Shown here one piece after another: positions 1 to 10,118 of a DNA stretch of 64,000 bases; the first letter of the stretch is position 1; each line of letters begins with the position of its first letter. The notes beneath the pieces are model-generated. The model was given only the letters and a program-made list of their open reading frames with translations. It was not told the DNA's origin and did not search any database. The translations under genes were made by a program, and so were the position numbers. Source of the DNA: Candidatus Saganbacteria bacterium (GTDB lineage: Bacteria > Margulisbacteria > WOR-1 > O2-12-FULL-45-9). The stretch is taken from contig JAFGDE010000019.1 of assembly GCA_016932255.1 (NCBI GenBank), positions 8,614-72,613 of the forward strand, read 5' to 3'.

Positions 1-287
<287 letters not shown>

Positions 288-321
288 ATAGCAGAGAGTA
301 GCAAGCAGAGATCAAAGACAG

Positions 322-351
322 GAGAAGCCCCCGGGAAACCGGGGGCTTCTC
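322..351. terminator. Bidirectional stem-loop between convergent gdhA and response-regulator genes
   Basis: Perfect 13-bp stem GAGAAGCCCCCGG/CCGGGGGCTTCTC with a GAAA loop, in the 68-bp gap between two convergent stops. Flanking T-tracts are weak. Confidence 0.5.
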
Positions 352-355
352 TTAT

Positions 356-733
356 CTAAATATACTTCTTGATGATCTTAATCAATTCCGCAGGGTCGAA
401 CGGCTTTACCACATGTTCGACCGCGCCGGCTTCCTGGCCCGCTATTTTCATGTCATTAGAGCCGCGCACGGAAACAATGATGACCGGTATATGTTTTGTC
501 CGCGGCGAGCTCTTAAGCGCCTTACAGACCTCAATACCGTTCATCTGCGGCATCATGATATCAAGCAATATCAGGTCTGGCTGAACGGTCACTGCCAGTT
601 CCAGTCCCCGGGGTCCGTCCGGCGCCAGGGAAAAATCCAGGTCGATCATGTCGAGCAACTGGCCGATCATGTCCGCGGTCGGCGCGTGGTCCTCGATCAC
701 AAGTACTTTTTTTCTTTCTCCCCGACTGAGCAT
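356..733 (-). CDS. Single-domain response regulator (CheY-like receiver)
   Basis: 125 aa with the receiver pattern VLVIEDH...DLILLDIMMPQMNG...PVIIVS...KPF and no output domain. Confidence 0.9.
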   Translation of the reverse strand: MLSRGERKKVLVIEDHAPTADMIGQLLDMIDLDFSLAPDGPRGLELAVTVQPDLILLDIMMPQMNGIEVCKALKSSPRTKHIPVIIVSVRGSNDMKIAGQEAGAVEHVVKPFDPAELIKIIKKYI

Positions 734-737
734 GACA

Positions 738-2630
738 CTATCCTCCTATAGGCAATGTGAACGCAATCGCAGCACCTTTGCCTAAACCATCTGAAATGGC
801 CCTGATCTTGCCGCCGTGTGTTTCGACTATCTCCTTGCAGATGGCCAGGCCCAGGCCGACCCCGCCAACCGCTCTGGTATAGGAACTGTCAACCTGATAG
901 AATTTATCAAAGACCTTCTCCAGGTTGTCCCTGGCCAACCCGATACCGTCATCGACTACCCGGATCTCCACTTCATCCTGGCCGCTGGCGCCGGTGATAG
1001 TGACATGACCGCCCTTAGGCGTGAATTTGAGCGAATTCCCCAACAGGTTGGTCAGCAGCCGCCTGATCTTGGTCGGATCGGCTATGATTGTGGGAAAATC
1101 AGGCGGCAATTCGACCTCGATACTGATATTGCGCATGCCAGCCTCCGGAGCCATGACCTCTTTAAGCTCCTGGGCCAGCGTGCGGATAAGGACGGGTTCC
1201 TTGGCCAGTTTCAGCGGCCGGCCATAGGACATACGGGAAACGTCCAGGACCGAATCGATCAAGCCGAGCAGATGGTCGCCCTCTTTCTGGATCACCTGGA
1301 CGGCTCTTTTCTGCTCCTCAGATAATTTACCAATGGAGTCAGACAGCAGCATCGAGGTGTAGCCTTTGATCGGCGTGATCGGCGTGCGCAGCTCATGGGA
1401 TACGACTGAAAGGAACTCGGTCTTCATCTTGTCGACAGCTTTCAGGTCTTCATAAGCCCTGGCCAGTTTTTTTGTCGCTTCATCCGCCCTGTCCCTGGTC
1501 TCGGTCGTGTCCTCAAGGATGCTTAACATGCGCTCTTTTGTCCTGGTCAGCTCATCGATCGCCTCTTTCTGCTGGGCCAGCAATTTTTCTATATCCGAAA
1601 CATCGCGAAAGATCAGCACGCAGCCCAATTGATTGCCGAAGCGATCAAGGGCACGCGACGCATCCATGCTGACAGGGATATCCAAGCCGGCCCTGGTCTT
1701 CAATTGCAGCCGGCGTTCTTTGACAAAGCCCTTTCGGCTTAGTTCTTGACTGATAAGTCCGCATAATAGTGATGAATTTTCACCGGCGATTAAACTCTTC
1801 ATCGGCAAGCCGATAATTTCTTTTTCTTGATATCCAAGCACTTTGAGACAGAATTCGTTGACCATGGAAATATTATGATCCAGGTCAGTGACCACCAGCA
1901 GGTTCGGCATAGTATTAAGAACACTATTTGCTACCGTGCTCGGACTGATGCTCAGCAGACCATAGCGGAACATTGCCAGACCGAAAAAGGCGATATAAAC
2001 GATAGTAGCGATGGGCACAAGAGTGACATTCCAGAGCCCCAGCAGCGGTAAGATAACATCGCCGATCAAACCGATGCACATGCCAACTAACACGCCGACC
2101 AGCAGAACATTGGCCTGATGGACAAGCCTTATATCATCTACATTCTGCCTGGTCAGCCAGAAATTCCAGGCGGTTAAAAGCACCAGTAAGACGGAATACG
2201 CGGCAAAAACGCCGAAATAAAGGCCTGGCTCAGCTGAATAACCCCACTCGGTCAATACCGGGGTTAAATAGATCCAGGTAGTCCGCAGTGTGATCCAGTT
2301 GAAAATAATTGTCGTGGTAAAAAAGACCGCGATCAAAGTTGTCCACATTTTCTTTGAATATTTATTAGCCAAAACTACAGAAAAATGCAGCACAAAGAAA
2401 AGAAACCATAGCCAAAAAATGACCGAAAGGTCGTTATAGAACCTGGACCGCGCAATATAAGGCGTGATCTTCGATAAAAAATCGCACAGATTAAAGAGAG
2501 CCACCATGCTGGCATAAAGGAAAAAGAGCCAATTAAGCAGGTTACGATAGTTCCTGACCAAGACTAGCATAGCCGCCACACCGGACAGCAGGAATCCAAA
2601 AAGAGAGATAATTGCAAAGGTATAGTTCAT
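738..2630 (-). CDS. Membrane sensor histidine kinase (multi-TM N-terminus, PAS, HisKA, HATPase)
   Basis: 630 aa. About 7 N-terminal hydrophobic helices, H-box VSHELRTPITPI, and ATPase boxes LLGNSLKFTP, DDGIGL, GGVGLGLAICK. Confidence 0.9.
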   Translation of the reverse strand: MNYTFAIISLFGFLLSGVAAMLVLVRNYRNLLNWLFFLYASMVALFNLCDFLSKITPYIARSRFYNDLSVIFWLWFLFFVLHFSVVLANKYSKKMWTTLIAVFFTTTIIFNWITLRTTWIYLTPVLTEWGYSAEPGLYFGVFAAYSVLLVLLTAWNFWLTRQNVDDIRLVHQANVLLVGVLVGMCIGLIGDVILPLLGLWNVTLVPIATIVYIAFFGLAMFRYGLLSISPSTVANSVLNTMPNLLVVTDLDHNISMVNEFCLKVLGYQEKEIIGLPMKSLIAGENSSLLCGLISQELSRKGFVKERRLQLKTRAGLDIPVSMDASRALDRFGNQLGCVLIFRDVSDIEKLLAQQKEAIDELTRTKERMLSILEDTTETRDRADEATKKLARAYEDLKAVDKMKTEFLSVVSHELRTPITPIKGYTSMLLSDSIGKLSEEQKRAVQVIQKEGDHLLGLIDSVLDVSRMSYGRPLKLAKEPVLIRTLAQELKEVMAPEAGMRNISIEVELPPDFPTIIADPTKIRRLLTNLLGNSLKFTPKGGHVTITGASGQDEVEIRVVDDGIGLARDNLEKVFDKFYQVDSSYTRAVGGVGLGLAICKEIVETHGGKIRAISDGLGKGAAIAFTLPIGG

Positions 2631-3142
2631 TTATCTTTTGATCGGTTTTCAAGCTCTTTGATACGCTTCTTAAGCTCCAAGATGCGGTCCTCTCGCCCGA
2701 TCATGATCTTGGTCATCCGTTCCAGTTCATCGACCTTCTTTTTCAGTTCAGCCTCGAATTGCCTTGAGCCGCTAATGTCCTGACTGACCCCGCAGATCCC
2801 TTTAACCACGCCCTGCTTGTCCTTGATCAGCCAGGTCCGGGAGTCAAGCACTACTTGACTGCCATCCTTGGCAAGATTGATCACGCGGCCATGCCAGCTG
2901 CCGCCCTTTAATGTCGCCTCAATTATCTTCTTTTGCTCAGCACCCTGAGCCGGGTCCTGGCCAAGGATATCAATCGCGGCACCAATAAGTTCCGTGCGGT
3001 CCCTTTTAAGGGCCCGGCAAACAGCTTGATTAACATAGATGATCCGGCCCGCGAGATCCGTTGCCACGATCAGATCGCCTATCTGGTCAAGCACGATCGC
3101 TTGAAGCTCCTGCTCATTCAGGCCTAGATGGTTACTGCCCAT
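2627..3142 (-). CDS. PAS-domain protein with coiled-coil tail
   Basis: 171 aa with a PAS-like core (IIYVNQA...DGS...ICGVSQDISG) followed by a heptad-like C-terminus. Its stop overlaps the downstream kinase start (ATGA at 2627-2630). Confidence 0.7.
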   Translation of the reverse strand: MGSNHLGLNEQELQAIVLDQIGDLIVATDLAGRIIYVNQAVCRALKRDRTELIGAAIDILGQDPAQGAEQKKIIEATLKGGSWHGRVINLAKDGSQVVLDSRTWLIKDKQGVVKGICGVSQDISGSRQFEAELKKKVDELERMTKIMIGREDRILELKKRIKELENRSKDK

Positions 3143-3168
3143 ACCTCACCTCCTGAAACGACCAGTGG

Positions 3169-3543
3169 TCATTTGCCTAGATGTTTTTCCAATAAGCGCA
3201 GGACCTGTTCCTTGCGCACAGGTTTTTGTATGATACTGCAATGATCGATGTCCTTCAGTTTGCTTAGCGTATCCGGGCTTAAGACCGAAATTATCACCAC
3301 CGGGATATCGCTTGTCTTTGGGTTGTCACGCAGGCGGACAAAAAATGAATCGCCGGGCAACGGCTCCATAATGATGTCCAGGATGATCAGGTCAAACGTT
3401 TCTTTCTGCGCCAGGACCAGAGCTTCCTTGGCATTGCTTACTTGTTTGATCAGATATTGTTTTTTTTCTGCCTCGAACATATCAGCATAGATCTCCCTCA
3501 TACCTTCGTCATCTTCAACTATCAATATTCTTTTCACAGCCAT
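3169..3543 (-). CDS. Single-domain response regulator
   Basis: 124 aa with the receiver pattern ILIVEDDEG...DLIILDIIMEP...PVVIIS...KP. Confidence 0.9.
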   Translation of the reverse strand: MAVKRILIVEDDEGMREIYADMFEAEKKQYLIKQVSNAKEALVLAQKETFDLIILDIIMEPLPGDSFFVRLRDNPKTSDIPVVIISVLSPDTLSKLKDIDHCSIIQKPVRKEQVLRLLEKHLGK

Positions 3544-3555
3544 CTTAGGTCCCTC

Positions 3556-6105
3556 CTATTGCTTCGGCAGCTCCACCGTCACTGCCGTGCCTTTATCTCT
3601 GCCTGCTGATCTTATCATTATATTACAATTATATCTTGTCAGGATCTGTTTTGAGATCGGCAATCCCAATCCCACGCCCGGAAGCGCCGGCGAGCCTTTA
3701 AAAAATGTCTCGAACGCCCTGGCAATCTCATGTTTAGTCATGCCCCGACCGCGGTCTTTCACCGTGACCAAGACGCGATCACCTTTAACCGCGGTGTTGA
3801 TCTCAAGCGTGCCTGCTGCGGAAAACTTGATCGCATTATCGATCAGATTGCCCAGGACCAGATCAAGGTCCCTCTCGTTCATCAGCACCCGAACGACGTA
3901 ACGCCCCATAACGACCCGTGTTTTAAGCCCTTTGGCCTCCAGATCTATCTTCCGCTCACGGAGAATTGCCGCTATCCTAGGCCCAAGTGAAAGTCTGCGC
4001 AGCCTGGCCAAGCGCAGATCTATAGAAAACGCATCAACAATATTGTTGACGTCACGGCTCAGACGTTCGATATTCTGCTGGGCGATACCGCAGGCATCCG
4101 AAACTTTCGTTAAATTACCCGCAGCCAGCGACCGTTTGCCCAGATCGATAGCCATCTGGGTCAAGGCCACCGGACTTTTCAATTCATGCGAAACCGCGGC
4201 GATCAACTGCTCTTTCCTTTTTTCTATTTGGCGAATTTCGGTCACATCCAGCAGCAGGGCGGTCAAGCCTACTTGCCGGCCGCCGCTAATCATTGGCGAA
4301 TATTCGACCCTGAGAGTGATCTCCTTGCCCGCCAAATTAATAAATGTCCAATCGCGCTTGACCGACCCCCGGCCAATGATTATATCTTTGAAAGCCGCTG
4401 CCAGAGAGGCCGCATCCATCTTGATGCGGGGCAGAACAGAAATAAAGTTCCTGCCCATCAATTGCTCCCGCTTGAATCCTGACATTTCCAACGCCCGTTG
4501 ATTGATCTGGATAATCTTTCCGGTTATATCCAGAGAAACAACGCCTTCGGCCATGCTGTTGACCACTGTCCTGTATCTCTCTTCCGATTCTTTGAGCGCC
4601 TGCTCTGCTTGTTTTCTGGCTGTCACATCATTATAGATCGCAACGATCTCTCCTGAAGGCAGTCTATAGACATAATTATCGCGCCAGCCGACAATACGCT
4701 CATCCTTGTATTGGCTGACAGGAAAATGCTCCGGCCTGCCAGTGCGCCAGACTCGCTGAAAGACCTTTAACAAGCCGAATCTCTTGACTCCGGGAAAGGC
4801 CTGTGTCACTTTCTGGCCGATGATATCTTTCCGTTTGATCTTTTCTATCCGCTCTCCGGCACGGTTAAATTCCTTGAATATAAAATCTCTGCCGCCTGCT
4901 ACCGACTGATAGACCGCGACCGCGCTTCTCATATTCTCGAACAACTGCTTCAGCCTGAACTCACCCTGCCTGAGCATTTCTTCCGCCCGTTTGCGCTCGG
5001 TAATATCCCGCACGATCGCCTGGATGAATCTGCCGCCCCGCAGCTCAACACAATTAAGAGCGACCTCTACGTCAAAGACCTCCCCGCCAAGCCGCCGGTG
5101 CTGCCATTCAAAGAACTGCGGCCGGCCAGCCAACGCAGCCAGTATCTTCTTGCGGGCTTTTTTCTTTGAATCCTGACCATCAGACTGATTGGGCGGGGAA
5201 AAGAAATAAGGTGTTTGGCCGATGATCTGCTCCCTTGCGCAGCCGAACATCTTTAAGGTTTTTTTATTACAATCAACGAATTTGTCATCTTTCATAAGGA
5301 AGATCGCATCGTTGGCCGAATTGAAAAGCAAGCGGTATTTCGCTTCACTTTCAATTAGCTGCTCCCGCGACAGCTTACTCTCAGTAATATCGCTGGAAAT
5401 GATCTGGACAGCGTAAATTCGATCACTTTCATCCCTCAAGGGAAGATAAGAGGAATGATACCAGCGGGCACCTATTGGCAGGTAAACCAAATCTTTATAT
5501 TCGGCCCTGCGGCCCGAGCGAAAGATCCGGCGGATCCTCTCCAGGTAATCAGGCGCTCCTTCCGGCAAGAATTCCTTTATCGACAGGCCAATAAAATCCT
5601 CCGGCCGGCCATGCAGCTGTTCTGCCGCCGATTGGTTCATCATCAGCAGAACGCCTGTGCGGTCATAGACCCCCATTGGTGCACCCGAGGTCCTGATGAA
5701 TATCTCTAGTTTCCTGTTCACTGCCTGCAACTCGCGCCTGATCAGCCTGGCCTTGGAAACATCCCTGGCCACGCATAAAATGAGCTTTTTTCCGTCGAGA
5801 TCTATCTTTGAAATATTTACGGAAAGATAGACCATACGGCCGGAACAATGTTTTATCTCGACTTCATCCTGGAGCGAATTCAATCGCCGGAGCTTTGCCA
5901 GCATGGCCTTGAGTTTTTTCTTTTGTTGGAAAGGAAAGGCCGGCAGGTTCCGCAGTGTTTTACCCTGAAAAGATTCCCGCTCAAAGCCAATTTTGTCCTT
6001 GACATTCTCGCTGATGTAAAGCAGCTTGCCTTTCAGATCCACAAAACAGATCATGTCAGGGATCGCCTCGACCAGTGGTAAATATTTTTCTAGGTCAAGT
6101 TTCAA
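3556..6105 (-). CDS. Cytoplasmic multi-PAS sensor histidine kinase
   Basis: 849 aa. Several PAS/PAC-like repeats, H-box VSHELKSPV, and ATPase boxes DNAIKFS, DRGRGM, GVGLGL. Confidence 0.9.
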   Translation of the reverse strand: MKLDLEKYLPLVEAIPDMICFVDLKGKLLYISENVKDKIGFERESFQGKTLRNLPAFPFQQKKKLKAMLAKLRRLNSLQDEVEIKHCSGRMVYLSVNISKIDLDGKKLILCVARDVSKARLIRRELQAVNRKLEIFIRTSGAPMGVYDRTGVLLMMNQSAAEQLHGRPEDFIGLSIKEFLPEGAPDYLERIRRIFRSGRRAEYKDLVYLPIGARWYHSSYLPLRDESDRIYAVQIISSDITESKLSREQLIESEAKYRLLFNSANDAIFLMKDDKFVDCNKKTLKMFGCAREQIIGQTPYFFSPPNQSDGQDSKKKARKKILAALAGRPQFFEWQHRRLGGEVFDVEVALNCVELRGGRFIQAIVRDITERKRAEEMLRQGEFRLKQLFENMRSAVAVYQSVAGGRDFIFKEFNRAGERIEKIKRKDIIGQKVTQAFPGVKRFGLLKVFQRVWRTGRPEHFPVSQYKDERIVGWRDNYVYRLPSGEIVAIYNDVTARKQAEQALKESEERYRTVVNSMAEGVVSLDITGKIIQINQRALEMSGFKREQLMGRNFISVLPRIKMDAASLAAAFKDIIIGRGSVKRDWTFINLAGKEITLRVEYSPMISGGRQVGLTALLLDVTEIRQIEKRKEQLIAAVSHELKSPVALTQMAIDLGKRSLAAGNLTKVSDACGIAQQNIERLSRDVNNIVDAFSIDLRLARLRRLSLGPRIAAILRERKIDLEAKGLKTRVVMGRYVVRVLMNERDLDLVLGNLIDNAIKFSAAGTLEINTAVKGDRVLVTVKDRGRGMTKHEIARAFETFFKGSPALPGVGLGLPISKQILTRYNCNIMIRSAGRDKGTAVTVELPKQ

Positions 6106-6288
6106 TTCGATGCCCCTTCGATAAGCAATTAGGCTGGAAGAATAAAAATATTAATCGGGTAACAGCAGGAACAATGATGTGCTCGCTGATAACCGGGCAA
6201 ATAACTCGTAAAAAGGCTCTGCCGCCTATTACATGCATTTCAGAGCCTATTCTAGTCCCTTAATATAAGGTGTCAACAGGAAATATGT

Positions 6289-7632
6289 TTATAACGCTTC
6301 CAGATATCTTTCCAGTTCCCAGGGGGTGATCCTCATACGATAATCATCAAACTCTTTGGCTTTGGCTTCATAAAAATTACGGAAAGTGTGTTCACCCAGC
6401 GCTTCCTTAACGACCTTGTCATCGGCCAGTTCTTCTATGGCCCGCTTGATCGAGAACGGCAGCATATGGATATTCTTCTCTTTAAGCTTGGCCGCGTCGA
6501 ACTTATAGACATCCTCCTCTACCGGCAGGGGCGCTTTCAGCTTTTTCTTGATGCCGTCAAGTCCGGCCAGCAGCATGGCAGCGAACGCCAGGTAAGGGTT
6601 GCAGGACGGGTCGGGACAGCGCAGTTCCATGCGGGTGGATTGCTCTCTGCCCGGGGAATAGCGCGGTATCCTGATCAAAGCCGACCTGTTGACCTGGCCC
6701 CAGCAAATATAAACAGGAGCTTCATACCCGGAAACAAGGCGCTTATAGGAATTGACCGTGGGCGCCACGATCGCGGTCAGGGCCCGGGCATGGGCCAGCT
6801 GGCCGGCCAGATAACTGTAAGCCACTTTTGACAGCTTGTATTTATCCCTGGCATCGAAAAAGGCGTTCTTGCCCTTTTTGTCGAACAGGGACTGGTGCAC
6901 GTGCATGCCTGAACCTGCCTGGCCGTAGAGAGGCTTGGGCATGAAGGACGCGTACAATCCGTGCTGAGCAGCGATCGATTTGATCACGTATTTCAGGGTG
7001 ATCGTATTATCAGCCGAAGAAAGTGCATCGGAATACTTGACATCGATCTCATGCTGGCCCGGCCCGACCTCGTGGTGCGACATTTCTGAGGTCATGCCCA
7101 TGGCTTCCAGCGCGAAGATAATATCCTCGCGCACTTCCGAAGCGTAATCCCTGGCAGGGTAATCGAAATAGCCGCCGATATCATGCGGCACCGTGGTGAT
7201 ATGGCCATCCTCTTTTTTCAACAGGTAGAATTCGACCTCCGGCCCGGTATTGAACGTATACCCCAGTCTTTTGGCCGTGTTCAAGGCTTTTTTCAGGATC
7301 GAACGCGGATCCCCCTCGAACGGCTTGCCTGATGGCGTGTGCACATCGCAGATCAGGCGCGCTGATTTCCTGCCGTCGATCTTCCAGGGGATGACCTGAT
7401 AAGTTGCCGGATCAGGCCTGAGGATCATATCTGATTCCGCGATACGGACAAAACCCTCAATAGATGAACCATCGAACCAGATGCCTTTGTCCAAGACATC
7501 CTGCAGCCTGGCCAGGGGAATGGTGACACACTTCATCATACCGAGAATATCCGTGAACTGGAGCAGTATGAATTTTATCTCGTCGGCGCGCGCCCTTTCA
7601 AGGACCTCTTTCCCAGCTGAATTTAATGACAC
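6289..7632 (-). CDS. glnA: Glutamine synthetase type I
   Basis: 447 aa with a GTG start preceded by AGGAGGGA. Motifs FDGSSIEGF, PKPLYGQAGSGMHVHQSL and NSYKRLVSGYEAP are present. Confidence 0.95.
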   Translation of the reverse strand: MSLNSAGKEVLERARADEIKFILLQFTDILGMMKCVTIPLARLQDVLDKGIWFDGSSIEGFVRIAESDMILRPDPATYQVIPWKIDGRKSARLICDVHTPSGKPFEGDPRSILKKALNTAKRLGYTFNTGPEVEFYLLKKEDGHITTVPHDIGGYFDYPARDYASEVREDIIFALEAMGMTSEMSHHEVGPGQHEIDVKYSDALSSADNTITLKYVIKSIAAQHGLYASFMPKPLYGQAGSGMHVHQSLFDKKGKNAFFDARDKYKLSKVAYSYLAGQLAHARALTAIVAPTVNSYKRLVSGYEAPVYICWGQVNRSALIRIPRYSPGREQSTRMELRCPDPSCNPYLAFAAMLLAGLDGIKKKLKAPLPVEEDVYKFDAAKLKEKNIHMLPFSIKRAIEELADDKVVKEALGEHTFRNFYEAKAKEFDDYRMRITPWELERYLEAL

Positions 7633-7676
7633 CTTTGATCCCTCCTAATAATGGCAGCCTCAAGACCTTGTTACTA

Positions 7677-7704
7677 ATTCTAACAGAAACATCTTTACAG
7701 TCAA
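7677..7704 (-). promoter_or_regulatory. Sigma70-like promoter for glnA
   Basis: On the minus strand: TTGACT, 16-nt spacer, TAGAAT, about 45 nt upstream of the glnA start. Confidence 0.5.
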
Positions 7705-7708
7705 CGAG

Positions 7709-8842
7709 CTACTGGCTATACTGGATCTCCAGTACAGGATAATTGACGCCGTTCTCCAGGCTCAGGATAACGACCGTGCCGTCCTCCGTGCCTTCCTGAA
7801 GTATGGCCAGGCCGTAATTCGTGGCCGTGCCGGTAAGCCAATCAGCCACCAGATCATTGAGCTCATCCGAGCGCAGGTTGTTGTACTCGCCGCTGTCAAA
7901 GTCCTGGCCCGTAAGATATTCCCCGACGCTGGGCCTGGCTCCCCAGGTGGTCGTGCCGGTGAACGGACTGGTCAGCTTTTTGAGTTGCAATATCGAGCTG
8001 CCTGTGCTGCTGGGATAGATCATCAGCGTTGCTGATTCAACGCTCGCCCCGCTTGGGAGCGTGCTTATATCAAAATAAAGATAGGTCTCGAATTGATCGC
8101 CGCTGAGGCTGACATAGCCGGCCTTGAGCGAAGTGTCGCTGCCGTGATAACTGCCGGGATCGTTCATTTCCACGTAGGTATCGGTCTCGACCGTGATCTC
8201 CACAACGTAGCCTTCGATGGTCACGATCGCCTCACCGCTGACCTCACCGGAGGCACAGAAGATCGTCGCCGTGCCCTGGGCGCTGATCTCCAGCGTGGCG
8301 GTCGTGCCGCTGTAGCTTAAACTGCCGATACTGTCGCCGGACAGCGACCAAACAGGGCTGATGGCCATGGCCTCGCCGGAACCGCTGTAGCCGACCGAAT
8401 TAAAGACCTGGCTTTGATTGACGCGCAGGTTGACTGAATCAGGCATAATATAAATAGAGGCCAGGCTTTCGGCAGTGCTGCCGCGGACCGTAACTGCGGC
8501 CGCCCCGCTTAAGCCGCTGTAGGCCGCGTTCACTGTGCCGCTGCCCTCGGCCGAGGCAGTGAACAAGCCGGAATAACCGACCCTGAGGACCGTGCCGACC
8601 TCCCCGGAAACGCTCCAGGTCGCGACCACCGCGCCGGTCGACCCGTCGGAGTAATCAGCGTAGGCAGTAAAGGTCTGACTGCCGCCGACCTCAAGGGTAG
8701 CGGAACCTGGCTGGACATTGATGCCGGTCAAGGTCTTAGTGCTGTCTTCTGATGATTCACCGCAGCTGTAAAGTACAACTGAAAAAGTAACCAGGCAGGA
8801 CAGCAGGATATAGCTCAGGATAATCTTGCGCATGTCTGACAA
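7709..8842 (-). CDS. Secreted lipoprotein with tandem Ig-like (Big_2-type) repeats and a DNRLRE-like C-terminal domain
   Basis: 377 aa. Signal peptide with lipobox LYSCG. Three repeats of the type VQPGSATLEVGGSQTFTA...WSVSG. C-terminal segment DTYVE...ETYLYFDISTLPSGASVESATLMIYP. Confidence 0.7.
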   Translation of the reverse strand: MSDMRKIILSYILLSCLVTFSVVLYSCGESSEDSTKTLTGINVQPGSATLEVGGSQTFTAYADYSDGSTGAVVATWSVSGEVGTVLRVGYSGLFTASAEGSGTVNAAYSGLSGAAAVTVRGSTAESLASIYIMPDSVNLRVNQSQVFNSVGYSGSGEAMAISPVWSLSGDSIGSLSYSGTTATLEISAQGTATIFCASGEVSGEAIVTIEGYVVEITVETDTYVEMNDPGSYHGSDTSLKAGYVSLSGDQFETYLYFDISTLPSGASVESATLMIYPSSTGSSILQLKKLTSPFTGTTTWGARPSVGEYLTGQDFDSGEYNNLRSDELNDLVADWLTGTATNYGLAILQEGTEDGTVVILSLENGVNYPVLEIQYSQ

Positions 8843-8854
8843 ATCATAACACCC

Positions 8855-9403
8855 CTAGAAGTAATTGACAATCTCGGACAGAGGCTTGCGCCGCTTGGGC
8901 GCGGACAGCCTTGCTTCTGCTGAATAGCCAAGGGTCAGCATGGCCACGACCTCCTGGTCCTTTGGTATGTCCAATAGTTTCCTGACCTTTTTTTCTGAGA
9001 ACCAGCCGATCCAGCATGAGCCAAGGCCCAATTCCCAGGCGGTCAGGACCATGTGCTCAAGAGCAATGCCTATATCCATATAATACCAGCGCCTGTTCAC
9101 AATGAATGAAGCAGCCCGATGAAGCAGGCTGATCGGTCCGGCCGTGGCCACGATGACCACCGGCGCCCGGGCGATAAAAGAGTTCATGATGTTCCTGGTG
9201 CCGAGCGGCATCTCGCCGGCCAGGGCGCGGATCTTTTCCTTATCACGCACCACGTAAAAATGCCAGGGCTGGGAATTCGAGGCCGAGGGCGCCAGCCTGG
9301 CCGCTTCCAGGACCAGGTCAAGCTTTTCCTGCTCCACCGGCCTGTCCTGGTATTCGCGCACGCTGAAACGTTCTTTTATTATATCAAGCACTTTTGAGCT
9401 CAT
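8855..9403 (-). CDS. Nitroreductase-family oxidoreductase
   Basis: 182 aa. RFSVREYQDRPV...LEAARLAPSASNSQPWHF...GLGSCWIG is typical of the nitroreductase fold. Confidence 0.85.
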   Translation of the reverse strand: MSSKVLDIIKERFSVREYQDRPVEQEKLDLVLEAARLAPSASNSQPWHFYVVRDKEKIRALAGEMPLGTRNIMNSFIARAPVVIVATAGPISLLHRAASFIVNRRWYYMDIGIALEHMVLTAWELGLGSCWIGWFSEKKVRKLLDIPKDQEVVAMLTLGYSAEARLSAPKRRKPLSEIVNYF

Positions 9404-10065
9404 ACGATACCTATGTCCCTGACAACGATCCTGCCGCAGTATTTTGGACCATCAGACTTGAAAAAACCCTTTTTAGCCGCGACAAATGTCACCGTTCTTT
9501 TCGCTTTGACCGCGCGGCCAAGCCTCCTGCCGGTATCAGCATCCAGACCTGAAGGCACGTCAACTGACAGCACCGGGGCTTTGTGGTCATTGATCCGGTC
9601 GATGATCGAAGCATAAGGCTCGCGGATATCAGCGTTCAAGCCAAGGCCAAAGAGAGCGTCGATGATCAAAGACGCGCGTTGAGGGAGCCTGCGAGTGAAC
9701 CCTGCCTGCCGGCAGGCAGGGCCTGCGGCTCCAATCCTCTTGAGAATGGCATAATTGGTCTTTGGGTCCGGTTTTAGTTTGGAGAGCTTGCCGACGATCA
9801 TGACCTCGACCCTGAGACCGGCATTGAGCAGGTGCCTGGCCGCGACCAGGCCGTCGCCGCCGTTGTTGCCCGTGCCGCAAACGATAACGACTGGACCGCT
9901 GCCCTTGATCAGCCGCAAGGCCTCTTCCGCCACACCCCTGCCCGCGTTCTCCATCAATATAACAGAGGGGATCCCCAGCTTCTTCTGCGCGTCCTGGTCG
10001 AACTTTTGGGCCTGTTTGACCGAGATGGTCTTTGCCATGCTTAGATTATATAATGGACCGAACAA
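9400..10065 (-). CDS. nnrE: NAD(P)H-hydrate epimerase (YjeF N-terminal family)
   Basis: 221 aa with LMENAGRGVAEE, VIVCGTGNNGGDGLVAARHL and IIDALFGLGL. The start may instead be the internal MAKTISV (10038). The gene carries an in-frame repeat insertion. Confidence 0.85.
   Translation of the reverse strand: MFGPLYNLSMAKTISVKQAQKFDQDAQKKLGIPSVILMENAGRGVAEEALRLIKGSGPVVIVCGTGNNGGDGLVAARHLLNAGLRVEVMIVGKLSKLKPDPKTNYAILKRIGAAGPACRQAGFTRRLPQRASLIIDALFGLGLNADIREPYASIIDRINDHKAPVLSVDVPSGLDADTGRRLGRAVKAKRTVTFVAAKKGFFKSDGPKYCGRIVVRDIGIV
9687..9732. repeat. Composite palindromic element inside the nnrE coding sequence
   Basis: GCCTGCGAGTGAAC + CCTGCCTGCCGGCAGGCAGG (exact 20-bp palindrome, 9701-9720) + GCCTGCGGCTCC. 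It reads in-frame as ...GPACRQAGFTRRL.... Confidence 0.85.
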
Positions 10066-10118
10066 AAAAGGAACCGGCCCTTGCGAGCCGGTTCCTACTC
10101 AAAGATAAAAAACGAGCT

